Below are positions 38,501-52,400 of a DNA stretch of 64,000 nt, one piece after another. Both the position numbers and the translations under genes were made by a program. Numbering within the stretch: the stretch's first letter is position 1; the number at the start of each line of letters is the position of its first letter. A model generated the notes under the pieces. It saw only the letters and a list, made by a program, of their open reading frames with translations. It was not told the DNA's origin and made no database searches. This stretch comes from Lingula anatina (lineage: Eukaryota > Animalia > Brachiopoda). The DNA lies in assembly GCA_051362555.1 (NCBI GenBank), contig CM120646.1, positions 2,666,001 to 2,730,000 of the forward strand, given 5' to 3'.

Positions 38501-38745
38501 ACCTGAACCACGACTCCTTCCGCCTCGATGTGGCTAGCGGAAGTGACGCAGAGGAAAACGGAAACGAGGTCAAGAAGCGAACGGCAGGTCAAGAACCCGG
38601 GTCGCGCTGCGTTAGAGACAGTAGCATCTATGTGAACAGTGACCCCTATAGCAGTACAAGTGATGAATATTTGCGCGTTCTTAATGGATACCTGGATGGT
38701 CCCCTCGCCGAAATCGAGGCTGAATTAGGCAACGCAATAAATTAA
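34598..38745 (+). CDS. Type-III single-pass membrane protein with a short ectodomain and a long Ser/acidic tyrosine-rich tail (transmembrane adaptor-like), 3 coding exons, ~505 aa
   Basis: The ATG is in a gccATGg context, with a probable 5'UTR exon ending at 34238. Exons 34598-34727, 36397-36481 (TM VGIGCSLVFIVAVIIMLAIFI followed by SHRCKK) and 37443-38745 total 1518 nt in frame and include the 363-aa ORF 37654-38745. Confidence 0.8.
36482..36790 (+). repeat. Minisatellite, ~11 units of 24-28 bp, starting at a splice donor
   Basis: Unit GTGAGTACATGAAAACATAAAGTTACAA, with alternating 28/24-bp units in the middle. Confidence 0.9.
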
Positions 38746-39255
38746 CTGCATATTTATGCCTAATAGCTGTAATCTTGGCTTATGACGGCCTCAAATGTTG
38801 TACATAAAGCCTATTTATTAATAACAATTTTAAAAATTATGTTTGCATGCGCTGATTTGACCTGACACATACATATTTCGCTTCTTTCATTGTTAAAAAA
38901 AAAGCTGAATGCGTACATAGTAGGGTATTAATGCTCAACACGCTTTCTGTTGAAACTAGATCAGATTTTAGACTAAGCAGCGACCTACACTACCAATTCC
39001 TTTAATTATGTTTGAAGGTTTATAAACATAATATCAACATTACAGCAATGATATTGCAGTGATATAACATGTTACATCGGTTTTATACCATCTGATTGTT
39101 GGAAGGTACTGTAAAGCGCATTCAAAACTCAATGCATGAAAGTGCGCATAATTTTGTATATAATTTTTGCATCGAAAAAAAGTTTTTAACCATAATTAAA
39201 AACATGTTAATGAAAGATTAAATTAAATTAGGCATAATCGTATATCTGTGGGATT

Positions 39256-39293
<38 letters not shown>

Positions 39294-40773
39294 AAAAAAG
39301 TTTATTCTTCGTCCTACACTAGAAAATCCTAAGCAGGCTGTAGCTGAGATTTTCGAAAGTTTTTGTCTTCTGAAAAAATGGACCTTTTACATTAAACCTT
39401 TGTGTATATGTATCAAATGTTACCCAGAGCGGACCTTTTCCGGCAAAAAGGGCGGTTAGTTCGAACCCCACGACACCCCCCTCCCGGCTTTGGGCCTTCG
39501 AGGTTCGTGTCTGACGCCCTTTCAACTGTACTAATTCCTAACGAAAGCTGTATATTCAAACAGAACGTCAACACGATTTGTTGTTGCGCGCGTCAGTCCA
39601 TACATAAGTACCTGAATAGGGACAAAGGGCTCTACCTCCTACTAGCGGATTAAAGAATGGCACGAGTCATTTTGGTATAATAAAGTTCAATGTAACTTTT
39701 CAATCTGTTTTGTTTGTCTTTAGAAGTAGGGTCACTCGGTTGACTCAGGGAATACAGTGAAGTAGCGAGATTTTTGGTTAGATAAGATCACGTTTTTATA
39801 CCAATACAATGTATTTTTGGATAGTTATATCTTTCATAATCCAAGATACTTCTTCTTGTCTTTCAAAAACATACTTTGGACACGTATGGTATTATCAGTG
39901 AAAAATAAACTAAAAAGAAAGGAGAAGAATATAAGATTTCTTCGGGAAAACGCATGTAATGGAGCAGAAATGTAATAAGCATTTCAAACAAATCTAATGA
40001 ATGCGTTCATTTCATCAAACTTGACCTAAAGTCAACGCAGACTGTTATTTCAACAACTACGCGCGCTAGTCTTAACAAAACAACAACATCTTAACAATAG
40101 GTCTGAGGTATTAAAGACTTGTAACTACAGAAAGTTTGTTTGAAATATAAATAGACACCATACTCTGGTAAGTTACAAGTAACGACACAAGCCGCCATAC
40201 CCTATGCTTGAGTACAGTGACAGCAGTACTTCCAGAACAGGATGGCTAATTAAGATATTCACTCACTTTGGATTAAGGACTATTTAATGCCTGTTCACAG
40301 CTCACGTATAAATAAGGATGACACCGTAATGACTACGTGACGCTTAATATAATATCGTCGTAGTGCCAGAAGCAAGAGTAGCGGCAGATCGGTCAAAATG
40401 GTCTTTCGACAGGCGAAGTTACAGTGTACCCAAGGAGAGTGAATGTGAATCAAACTGAGGACTATAAAAGACTTGCTGATCTAAACCATATACCGAGAAA
40501 AAAAGGTTGGTGTCCCGGCAGCGCAGAAATTTCCGAGTACCGATTTAAATCTCTATTTTGTTCTACTGCACCCGAGGAGCCGCTGATTGAGAAGGATTGT
40601 AATTCTGTCCTGATATCTCTGATTAATGAGGAAATCAACAGACATTCAAATGAAACTGACCTATTAAATGGCACTGAAAATATTTCAATTTACAATAGAG
40701 CAAACAAAAGAGCAGCAATATTTCCCCAAAACAGCTAGTTCATAATCAAAAGTATTTTGAGAGAATCAAAACC

Positions 40774-41883
40774 ATGTCAAAGAGAAAACCAAAGCAGCCC
40801 GTCGCCATAGAGGTGAACCCGATGGACAAAATTGTGTCGCATGCAAGGAAGAAAAATCTCGGAGTAAGTACGTGGCAATGAGCGGTGTTGCTGTAGTTGT
40901 TGTGAATGTTGTTGTTGTTGTTAATGGTGGGAGTGATAAAAGTGTGGTAATTGGCTACTTAATAATTTTCCAATTTTTTTAGGGGGGGGGGGTAAATCCA
41001 ACTACAAGACGGCTGCATATTAGCACAGCTGCAGGGGACAACAAGGAGAAAATAGTGAAAGAGTAAAAGAGGGGAAAAGGAAATATATTTCATTCAAAAT
41101 GAGATATTTGAGTTTTGGCATCAAATACTGTGTAGTGTGGGTGGAGACAGGGTGATGTTTTTATAAATGAAGATCAATGGAAATATGTATGCCGGGTGCG
41201 CTGTGCACTTTCTGTGTGCGGCAAATGTTGCGTGTTATTTTTAGCAACCTATGCAGTTACGTTTTCTTAATTAACTTACTGCTATATTAATTTCATTTTA
41301 ATATACTTATGTGAAAGGATTGTCTTAACGATTTGGTCTATTAATTAATGTATTCATTCATTCATTCACTTATTCCTTTCTTCACTAACTAATTTATTCA
41401 TTTATTGAAAAGGTAAAAATAAATATAAATTCTATTCATTTAAAACTCATATGTATATATATTAATATACAAACTCTATTCCAGCAAGGCAGTGTAGAGG
41501 AGACCATAGACTGCCACACCCAGATCACAGCCCATCACTTCACGGGGCCCATCCAGAGACTCTGGCTCACCATCCCAGACGTGGACAAGAGGGTACTACA
41601 GGGCATGCAAAAATTCGTACAAAACGAATCAAAACTGGATTTTACAAATGCCAAAATCTACGTGATCGGTCTGAAGGTCTGCCTTGTGCTCCACTGTGGA
41701 GATTGTCGAAATCAGTACATAGCCACTCTTGACGACAAGGACAAGGTCGCCACCTATTGTGAGAAGAAAGGGTTGCGTATAAAATCAAAACTTGGAGTAA
41801 GGATCATATGGAACGAGCCTCCGCCAAAGAAGGTAGCACCTCCACCCAAGGACAGTGATGACGAGTCCTCGGACGAATTCTAA
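40774..41883 (+). CDS. Hypothetical 162-aa soluble protein, 2 exons
   Basis: accATG at 40774. Exon 40774-40863 ends at GGA|GTAAGT. Exon 41485-41883 follows CCAG and is in frame with ORF 41581-41883. The N-terminus is basic and the C-terminus is Pro-rich then acidic. No family recognised. Confidence 0.65.
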
Positions 41884-42121
41884 ATGAATAATTCCCACAA
41901 AAAATTAAAAAAAGAAAACTGAGAAATGCAAACAAAGACGGCACCTCAGTCACAAGTGGTAATCCTTCTGCAAGGATTTACTTGACAGTTATCATCTCGA
42001 CGCCCATGGCATACCACAGCCCGGATTATCTATTCAACAATGGGAATTTTTAATGGAATAAACACTTAGACACTTACATATAGGGGCCTACTGGAGAGTG
42101 TGAACTGACATTAGAAACGTA

Positions 42122-42320
42122 GACCCCATTTCCAGAAGTTAGATCTATCTACTTTAGATCGACCTAACTCCCTGGGGCTTCACGCTAAATAGCTGTCAGC
42201 CGAGCGGACACGAAAGTTAATTACCCCCTTACAACTTGTAGTAGGCGGGACGGACATTTAAGCCGGATTATCTGACAGTAATCTAGTGAGACTCCCCGCG
42301 GGGATAGATCGATCTAAAAG
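42122..42320 (+). mobile_element. MITE family A, copy 3 (right TIR truncated)
   Basis: Near-identical interior to 52492-52705. Confidence 0.8.
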
Positions 42321-43010
42321 CCGTAGATTATGGCCAACAATGGGGAAAACCATGTTCACCAGTGACACTACGGGCACTTGTCTCGTCCTGTCACTTTCCC
42401 TCTTCCCTCAGTGTAACAAACAAAGCCCAAAAATTCATAGTAAATTTGCCCTTGACTTTTTTTATCTTTTTTTAAAATCTTTTTTATCTTTTTTATTTTT
42501 GACCCCCAATCAAAATCCTGGAACTGCCAGTGATCAAGAATCGTGATACATGTTTTTATATTTTAATCAAAATCGGAACTGTTCGTTATGTAATAATAGA
42601 AATTTTTGCGCTGCAGATGTATAAAACAAAGATACAAATATACGTTCAACTGATTAATCTGAACCACAAGTCGACACCTTTATCCTATATCTATGTTGAC
42701 TATAGCGCACGCCACACATTATTGGTGAACTGCTCAAAATACAAATCAAAATAATTTTGTGTCATTCTAAGCCAAAGTATATTTCAATGACTTTATGTAC
42801 ATGTACCAGTAAATGAAAACGAGGGATGCCTTACTTTAAAAAATGCATACTGCAGTTTGTGAGCAAATAGTTGGTTTTGTATAGTTTATTTTATATGTTA
42901 TCCATGAGACTTAACTTCCGGTGTTGGTAAAACTTTTCGTTAATATATATTCCTGGTACGCTCTGCACGTACCAAACATTTTATATGACAACTCTCAAAA
43001 AACAAAACAG

Positions 43011-46000
43011 TCAGCCATATAAATCATTTTCAACCATGTTTACAGAGTCTTCAGTGCCGGTGTCATAGAGTGAATTTGTTACCAGAAGAACGTCAGTTGA
43101 GCATTCGGGTTCCTTTGAGGGAGTCTCGCTGGGGCTGTGAGTAAGAAGCGTCGTGTTTTGTGGAGCCTCTTCCGCACTTGAAGTATAAGTATTGGCTTTA
43201 AATTTGATCGGTTTAGCGTAGAGATCTGAGAGCCTAGCCCCCTGATTGTCACCGTCTTTCTCATCTCTTGCCTCGGTGATGGCACCAGAACTATCTCGTT
43301 CAATTCGTTTTTCCTCCAAAACAGTATTTCGTTTTCTAAAACAAAATTAACACATAAAAATGAAATGCGAACAGAACCAACAAAAAAGCATTTAATTATA
43401 GCCACCATGATGACAATTAACACAAACCAAGGAACAAAAATTACTATAAACAAAGACACAATTATGTTGAGATACATGGCCATCTTGTGGGAAGTTAACT
43501 CAGGTTAATATACTTCATTTATATCTTTATTCATGCTCAAAAAAAATGCTCACCTCCGTCGAACAATAATGATGATACCAGTGCATAGGGCTGTGACACA
43601 CGCAAACACACCAAGACATATCCCAGCTATGATTCCTATGAAAATAAATAAAATCCTAACAGAGCAATGACAAATGCAGAATAATAGGGTCAAAAGTAAA
43701 ATACTCATTTTGAGCATTAAATGCACTTTCAATTATATTTACAGGACCCCAGTGCTTTAAAGTGTTCATAATTCTTTACATATATATGGCATGTATGTAC
43801 CTTTACAAAGCATATATTCTTGCAGAAATCGCCCCTCCAATCAACCTGTACGTAGCGTGGGTCTTATATATCGTAGCATAATTTCTGTTTTATGATAATG
43901 AGTTTATACCTAATGTTTAAGAACAATACTGATATCACCAAGCTGAATACAAAGGACTGTTTTGAATTTTGATCTGCAATTTAAATCCAACTTCCTGGTT
44001 AAAGTTCTATTTTAAAGTAAGGTCCTGGGGCAAAAGCAAGAACCGGACCACTTACCGGCTGAAACTTGAGATTTATCTGGAACCGAACAGAAAGGCATTA
44101 AGCATGAGGTTTTCAAAACTAGTGAATCATATGAAAAATACAAAATTCACTCTCAAATTAAAAAAAAAGCAAGCTGCAATAAGCAACCACGTTATGTGAC
44201 AGAAATTATTGTAAGTATAAACGGAATAGCAGTGTCACAATTAAAAAAAAATATCACACCTGGAATTTTGTGACAGGTGCCCGGTGTCGTGTCAAATGTT
44301 CCGTTCTGGGTACACCTCAGCGTTTTGGACGTGTCACCCCCACCCAAAGCGTAACCCTTGCTGCACAGTATGGTCACCGTCTCGTTGAAGGCGTAGGGTC
44401 CAGGGGAACTAGGCATAGAATGTTCTACATGTGAGAGGTCTGGGCAAGCTGGAAATATACGAGAGGAACTGTTCACTATTTGACACGCCATGGGCACATG
44501 TTGCACTTATCTTCCCGTTTTTGATGTGAAAACTAGTCGATCTTTTGAAACTTTTTTCTCGTTTCGCTAAAGGCCTAAATTTGCCCTAAGTTTTTGATTT
44601 TTTTTTTTTTTTTTTCAATTTTAAGATACGGTTTACATGATAATGAACTTGAAATGTTTGTAAACTAAAATGAAAACGAAAACATTCACTACAAAACCAA
44701 ACTGTTGATTTATATTCACCTGGGAAACACAACGGAAATGGCTTGGCAAATGTTCCATTGGCTAAACAGGTGAGTATCTCAGTTTCTTTGACGGCAGTGT
44801 CAAAAAAAAATCCCTCTTGGCATCGCACTATCACGTCTTCCCCGCGTCTGTACGGTCCTATCTTTTCTGGAATAAGGTGACTGGCGATAAGCTCAGACGC
44901 GCGACACATGGCCTCGACACAAGGCGGGATGTGACCAAATGTTCCATTCGCGCGGCAGCTCTTGTTGATGCTAGATGCGCCGCTGAGTCCTTCTAGTTCG
45001 TATCCAACAGCACAGGTGTAAGTCACAATGTCTTTGTAGTGGTAAGTTTGACGTGCAGGGGTAATTGTAGCGTTGTTGACTTTATCAGGTATGCACTGCA
45101 CAGCTTAATATAGAAAATGCAAATAATAGGCTACTACAGTGTATTCTATTTAATAATGATAATAATATCGCTTCATTTTTGCAGTGACATAAACAATATG
45201 AATGTACAGAACAGAAAATATAGTAGAAACCCCATATAATGACATTTTGTTGGGCATCTGTATGCAGTTTAAACCATGTGACTGTCTTCCAGTTTGACAC
45301 AAACTTCCGGGTGACTTTTTTAAAAGTCAATATTAAAATATGTTTTCCAAGCTGAATCGAGAGATCGTATAATAGGCATATCAATCTAAAGCACTTGACT
45401 ACATATAAAAGTTGTCACTCACTTTCGTTGCAGCTTCTTCCTGTAAACCCCGTGTTACACAAACAGCGAGACCTCAAACCGTAATCCCTCTTGGAGCAGA
45501 CGCCATATTTGCACTTATCAATATCACCCCCACAAACCACATCTAGACAAAATGATATTTGAATATTTGTCACTTTTGGGGATTCAAATTAATAGGAAGA
45601 AATCACATAAATGAACTTGGCAACATAGTGTGCACTAGATATATCGAAATGAGCTAAATGTATATATTAGTTGTGTAGCACATGAACATAAAAATGCAAG
45701 AAATTAGAGATTCATATGAGAAATTAGATAACGAATAACAAATTAATTACCGAATGGAATGAAAAAATCAACACGTACTTTTGCACGTTGTATTGACAAT
45801 GTACAACGTTGAATCGACCGCCTGTTCTCCCGCTTTACACGCTTGTGATTCCGAAAAGGTAAAACAGTTCCCCTCTTTGTCAACCGTCCCTGGCCGGAAG
45901 ACCTGAAAGGCGGCGCATCCAGAGCCACGAGTGTCACAGATTTCCTTGCAGCACGACAGGGTGTTACAACCTTTGGCTCCCCGTGAACTTATGCCACTTA

Positions 46001-46864
46001 CTTGTAGTGAGTGATTATAATATATCTGCTTCACGTCAAGTGCAACTGAAATCGAGAAAAAATCTTTTTAAAAAAATCAGGCGAGCAGCATAGAACGCAT
46101 AATTGTATGTAAGTGTTCGTGTGATCATTTGTGGGGTGTGGTAGGCCTAACCTTCTAGATAAAAGCAGTGCAGTTAACCCCCCCCCCTCCAGAAATGTAA
46201 TAATAATAAACACCCAGCCCTACAGTCAAGACTTATAATTCCTTTACAATATGAAGGTCATAGAGACGATTGATCTGTTGTTTTCCTTCATGATGTTTGA
46301 ATTGCGATTAACGTGGAAATGGGAGGAGAGAGAGAGGAGGCTGAACATCACCTCACGCTGTGACAAACAATTCAAATTCGAAATTAAAATGGTTTTCAAT
46401 TCATCGTCTAAATAAAACATGTCGAGATGGAAAAAAGGGGGCGAGGAAGGTGGGCGGGGGTGGGGTGGGGTGGGGTGGGGGGGTGGGTGGGGTGGGGTGG
46501 GGTGGGGTGGGGGGGTGGACTGTATTATGCGGTGGTCGCATGTTATACAGGCTCCGCGTTGACACAGTGGGGGTTGTCATTTACAATGGAAGGCTGCCAT
46601 TTAATATACAGCTTATGCGGCCATAACAATATCTTCCTCATGCACTAACGATGGAACACGTAGCCATGCTTACTTCGGGTTCACACTGAGCTAAAAATGT
46701 CACAAGTAATATGAAAATATCAAACTGTTGATTTAGAAGTTTATTGTATGTGACATAAATAAAAATCTGCTTAGTATTGTGAAATGAGAGCCAATGACCA
46801 AATATAAACGACTGTCAGAAAAGTATACACTGTATCTTATCATATCTTGTCACAAGGTCTGTTG

Positions 46865-46897
<33 letters not shown>

Positions 46898-47160
46898 TAA
46901 TTGTTTTTGAAGGGGTGCGAGACTGACAAAAAGCGGTCGAATGACTTAACTGTGGTAATTTAAGACACAGGAAAGACAGAACGCATACCTGTAGATCTCA
47001 CGCGCACAGGTATAGGCCTACATGTACGTACTAGTAACAAGAAGCTCTTCACGCTCTATAAACTTAAGATATGTTTACACTCACCTGTGGTAACTATAAG
47101 ATGAATAGGTAACAATACTGCCACAGCAAAAACAGAATTTGAGATAACTTCTGATAACAT
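43011..47160 (-). CDS. Type-I receptor: signal peptide - PAN-like - EGF - 3x sushi/CCP - TM - tyrosine-motif tail, 7 exons, ~480 aa
   Basis: Exons 47160-47085, 46045-45779, 45542-45423 (CKYGVC..CLCNTGFTGRSC), 45103-44720 (2 CCP), 44448-44260 (CCP), 43635-43554 (TM) and 43335-43011 total 1443 nt in frame. All introns are GT-AG and the ectodomain introns are phase 1. Confidence 0.85.
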
Positions 47161-47599
47161 TGCTGTACCCTTGGCTTAATGCCGCGTCCTTCTTCCTCTT
47201 TCTCATCTCAGACGTGTGACGGATATTGTAAGAAGGTCCGATATTAGTCACTGAAAGTGAGCTACAAATACTCCTGACCTAGATAAATTAAACGACACAA
47301 GTTCAAAAATAAACTGTTGAATGTGAGCTAGTGTTGACTAAGGCTTACAGGATATATTGTTTGATATCCGGGAGGTTATTATAGTGTGCGCTAATGGAAT
47401 AGGACTACCGGTACGGCAGAGATAAGCACGATATATACACGTACATGTTTCTAACTTACTAAAGGTACTACCCTATCTGAAGGAAAAGAGGGGTGGATGG
47501 GCAATAGCTTATCCCAATAAAATGAACTTGTCAATATAAGAAATGCGCTATGGGCATAGGGGTGCCGTCTGTCCCTTAATTAACTGAGAAGACCCAAAG

Positions 47600-47750
47600 A
47601 TATTTTCTGACAGTCCTCCAAATTATCTTTGTTGATTCATCTTTCATTTTTGACCGTCTTCCGACAGAAAAAATTAGAAACCCATCAATGTAAACTTGGA
47701 AATCTGACCGTCTTCCGGAAGACCCAGAAGACGGCCTAAATCCGCCCCTG
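47600..47750. mobile_element. Truncated copy of the 10496-10663 MITE
   Basis: CTGACAGTC.TCCAAATTATCTTTGTTGAT...AAATCCGCCCCTG is shared with 10520-10663. Confidence 0.75.
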
Positions 47751-49417
47751 TGTGGGGGGGGAGGTTTATGTTTCGTGCAGTGTAACTAATTTTAAGTTAC
47801 TGTACGTGGAGCTTCGGGAAAATTAGATAATGACAGAGTGACAATAAGCCAGTGACCAGTGAGAAACATTTTGTTTTCTATGCCCCCCCCCCCTCAAAAA
47901 AGACTCGTTTCGAAACCGGACGCCTGCACCCCTAATGACACGTACATCCGGGGACAGGTGATCAGCGCGTGCACCACCATCTTTCCATTTTCCTGCCCAA
48001 AAAATGCTGAATAATAAACGAAGCGAGATGTACGAAGCCAAGCAGTTTTCTGTCCCTATACCTAACATGTAACAGGTAATTTTGAAATTGTACTTGTGTA
48101 TTATGTATTTTTCGATCGAATTGAAACATTTCTTTTAAACTCCCCCCCCCCCCAGCATAAATGTAAAATGAACGAAATGTACTGTAACACTGATTTTTAT
48201 AAGATAGTTCCTATGTGTGACGCAAATTTCTTAGTTTCTAAATAATTTTACGATGAGACGACTTTGCCATTTGGCAAGGACTAATTTAATTTTTTTTTTA
48301 ATATTATGCCAAAAATTAACTTCGCCTCAAATAGTGGAATGATGTCATTCAGACGTGACGTAAGAAAGTCGGAGGTCAAATTTATCTTATACTGTATTAA
48401 ACATCTAAGCCCTTTTTTTAACTTCACTTGTGTCCTATTGCATCATTTAATCTAGTGTTTACTGATACTGATCACGGATATAACGTTTACTTAATGTAGG
48501 GTGAAATTTCTATACAGAAATATCTGTATTGAATTTTTATTCCTTTTATTCCGAGTGGTGTCAGGAAAAATCAACGCTTTGTAGACTTGTGAAAATGATG
48601 ATAAAATATGGATAACCCTAAAACAGTTGATTTTCACATGTAAGTATATATTAAGTATAATTTATTTCGTAAATTTTGCAGCAGCATGTGTGCTGGTGAA
48701 AATAATGCACGTTCTACACAAAAAGCGAAATAACAAAGACAATGACAATAATACACTCTTAGACGTGTACAAGTTATACCCTGTACCAGAGTGGCATATA
48801 TTATAGGCACATTTTCCACATTCCCAAATGTGCCTATATAATATCTACCACCTTGGTAGAGGGTATACAAGTTATACGAACAAAAAAAAGATGACCGGAA
48901 TCAAGTGTCAACCTCAGACTAGCTGGACGATGTAGTAAGAAAAAAATTTTACTGACTTTGTGGAACGTATAAAAATGTCTACTGACATTTATATCTAAAA
49001 CAACTACTCAAGGAGTAACTTGGAAGACAAACAAGCAGTACAAAAAAAATTAAAAACAATCTTGTGCTTAGTCTGTTCTATAATGTGTAATCAAGTGATT
49101 GTATTTTATCGTTTTCTAACGTGCCTTTTAACTTATCATCAATCGATAATCAGTAACTAATCAATTAGTTACAATCATTACTTGAAATTTTAATTTGTAG
49201 AAAAAATGTGTAAACATGTCAAATCTGTTTCTATTGAACAAATATCACAGCTTTCATACGTCGTTTGTAATTTATAATTGTTTAAGTATCTTATAAAAAT
49301 GTTCATATAAAAAGATAAAGTCAAATCGAATCACTTAAAATATTGACAGCGTCAAAAAGCACCATAAAAACACTGTAAACAAGTCACAACGATGATTCCA
49401 TCGACCGGCATTTCCAT

Positions 49418-52400
49418 CTATCCGTCCCCGTATAACTCATTTTCAACCAAGACCACAGGTTCAGAGCGCATACTAGCACGTGCATCACTCTCATAGAGGT
49501 CGTTGTCAACCAAGAAAATCCCTGTAGGAGACCCGACATCGTTTTCGTTTTGATCGGGAACGCCTTTTACGCTAGTTTTCATTTGATTTTCACGTTCTTC
49601 CAAAGAAGGGGACTCTTTTCGCTTTTTGGCAGGTTTCGCGTACAGGACTTCTCGAGCATCTTCTGTATCAACTTGAGCTGAAGGCGACACCATCGGGACC
49701 ATTTCCACTGCATCATCCATAGGTGGAGCGTCATTCGTTCGCGTTTTCCTTTCGCCGTTGGTCTTATTTCTAAAATATTAAATGATATCAAAACAAAATA
49801 TAATTGTTTAAATTGCCTTAGCAATGAGTTACTCACTTCCAATATTGCACAAACACTGTTTTCTAAAAATAAATAAATAAATAAAATAAACAAAGACAGT
49901 GAAATTTAATTCAGAATTAAATAAAGTGCCAAGAAATGACTAAATATATTATGTGAAATAAATTAACCAGCTAAATTAAAAAAAAGAAATAATCGAAGGT
50001 GCACTAACAGCTGATCAAGCAAACATGTAAAATAACACATCTTTTAATCAAGCAGGCAAATTACATGTGCTGATGAAACATTGGCAATATCAAAAGCAGT
50101 TAGACTCTCATCTGTCCACCTTTTAGTGTTCATCATATAAAATTTATGAATCAATTGGCTTATAAATGTAGCATCTGACCAGCCACTGCCTACCTCAAAA
50201 AACAGCACACAGCAAGGAGTATCACCAGTGCAATTACCAGAACACCGCCCACCCCTATACCCGCCACAGCGCCTGGAAAATAAATAAATAAATAAATAAA
50301 TAAATACAAAGAATAAGGTGCTAATCTACTTGTTTCTGTAACTAAAAAAATATTGCACAGAAGAATATCATGGATACATGAAGCTTATTTTTTTCTCTAA
50401 CCATTAAGGTACCCGGCTTGTGTTTCCCACAACAATGAACATTTTATGTACCGGTACTTCATAATTAAATTACTATATTTTGTCCACAGCATATCCTCGG
50501 ACGGTTTATATTAATACAAATGTTATTTTAATTTGATTTCCTCTTTTTTTTTAATTCGGCAGATGTCATTTACGAATTGGGGGATGCCGATTAAATCTTC
50601 AAATAAGTTTATGGTACTGTAACACCAGTGTTTACCTAAAGAAAGTCCTTCCTTTGCAACTGTAGGATCACCCGAATCTGAAAAATAAACTATTATTGTG
50701 CACTAGAGAAAAGTAGTCACTTGAAGCAGTACTAATATATGTATGTAATGACTTGACTGCTACATGTAGCCTACCCGTGTTGAACAGACCTACATTGTAC
50801 TTTGACGACATTAATACACAAATAGGCATATTTGTCAACAGACTTCAAAACAATATCTATACTGCATTTCAAAATCACAAATGCGTCTGTTTTATTTAGC
50901 GTTCGTACATTATAATAATAAATATGAGCCCACATGCCCCCACCCCCTCTATTTGCTTTTTCTGCAGTTAATATTCGGAAAAACATCTTTATGATATAGT
51001 GGTTCGATATTTACCCAAACATTCCAGTGACGTCACGTTGACAGACAAAGTTCCGCTCGGGTTACACGTCACATTAAGAGTGACGTCACCATTCTTGAAA
51101 CTCTTACCCTGGGGGCACCGTAGATTAACATTTAATGGGCCGGCAGTTACGGATATTACGCTGGATTTAATGTTCTTGACGTCACATCCGCCTGGGAGAC
51201 AAATGACGTCACTAGTATCGATAAATCCGCTTTCCTCACACTTTAATACCCACGACGTTTGTCCTGAGCGTGACGTATAACCGGGCCGGCAGGTATATGT
51301 GATCGAATCATTGAGGTCATATGGCCCTTTATGATCTGGGGTAGCGTTTGTAATGTTGTCTGGAGCTGGACACTGTATTGGTTGACAATCTAAGAAAGTT
51401 CTGTCAAAGGACCCATTTGATAAGCATTTCAACAGAACTTGATTTTTTTCACTGGTAGACCTGTAACCTTTACTGCACTTCACTAAAACCAAGGTGTCTA
51501 CATTGAAGATTGGTCCATCTCGATATTGTAAATGCAAGTGCTGTGGCATACGGCATTTTCTTGCCACGCAGTCTGGTATTGTCTGAAACTCGCCGTTTGC
51601 CTGGCATTCCACGGTGATTTTTGACTGGCCATTTGAACCTTCCAGCTCAAAGCCTTGGCCGCATGTGAAGTCCACTTTATCGCGGTAGAAATACGTAGCT
51701 TTCCGTGGCTGCATTTCGCCTTTGTTCTTATAATGCAGCTCGCAGATGACCCCTGAAAGAACGAAAAGTTGTACATCAAAACATATTGCATCAACATTGA
51801 AATCACGCAGGCGTATTTATTTCATATACAGCTTTAAAATAACAGAGCGGTATGTGTTCAATTTTACATTAAAAGAACATAATTAAGTATAATTTTGGTC
51901 TCAACTTTTATACGGAGGCGTTTAAACAACTTTAACTCAGGACTGATCTCTGAGGCAAATAGCATAGTGGTCTAAAACAAGACCAATTCGTTTACTTTAT
52001 TGTAAATGATGTCATGAAGGAAGCCAAACATAGGTCGTCTTAGACTGCGTCTCTGTCTTAAAATTAAAAACAAATGTGAAACGGACTCTAGGATATTACT
52101 TTGGTCGCAACGTCCTCCTTTGTATCCATCAAAGCACAGACACTCATCCGGAGTCCACGGTTTGTCCTTGCAAACTCCATGTACGCAAGCGCCTTTGTAC
52201 GTGCAACCCTCTATACCTGCTATAAATTAAACAAATAAAATGAACATAGAATAATGACAAATAAGTTAATCAAACAGCCAATTAACATAAGTTAAATAAT
52301 TTACATAAATACATGTACATGTACCTACAGAACTACACACGCATCGATATCTATCACATATCGAAATAATGTAGATTTAGTATTTTAGTAGTCTTATATC

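Noticed and set aside
40424-40738. 104-aa ORF upstream of the orphan gene
   Set aside because: It has a GTG start and no recognisable motifs, and is more simply 5'UTR/promoter of the 40774 gene.
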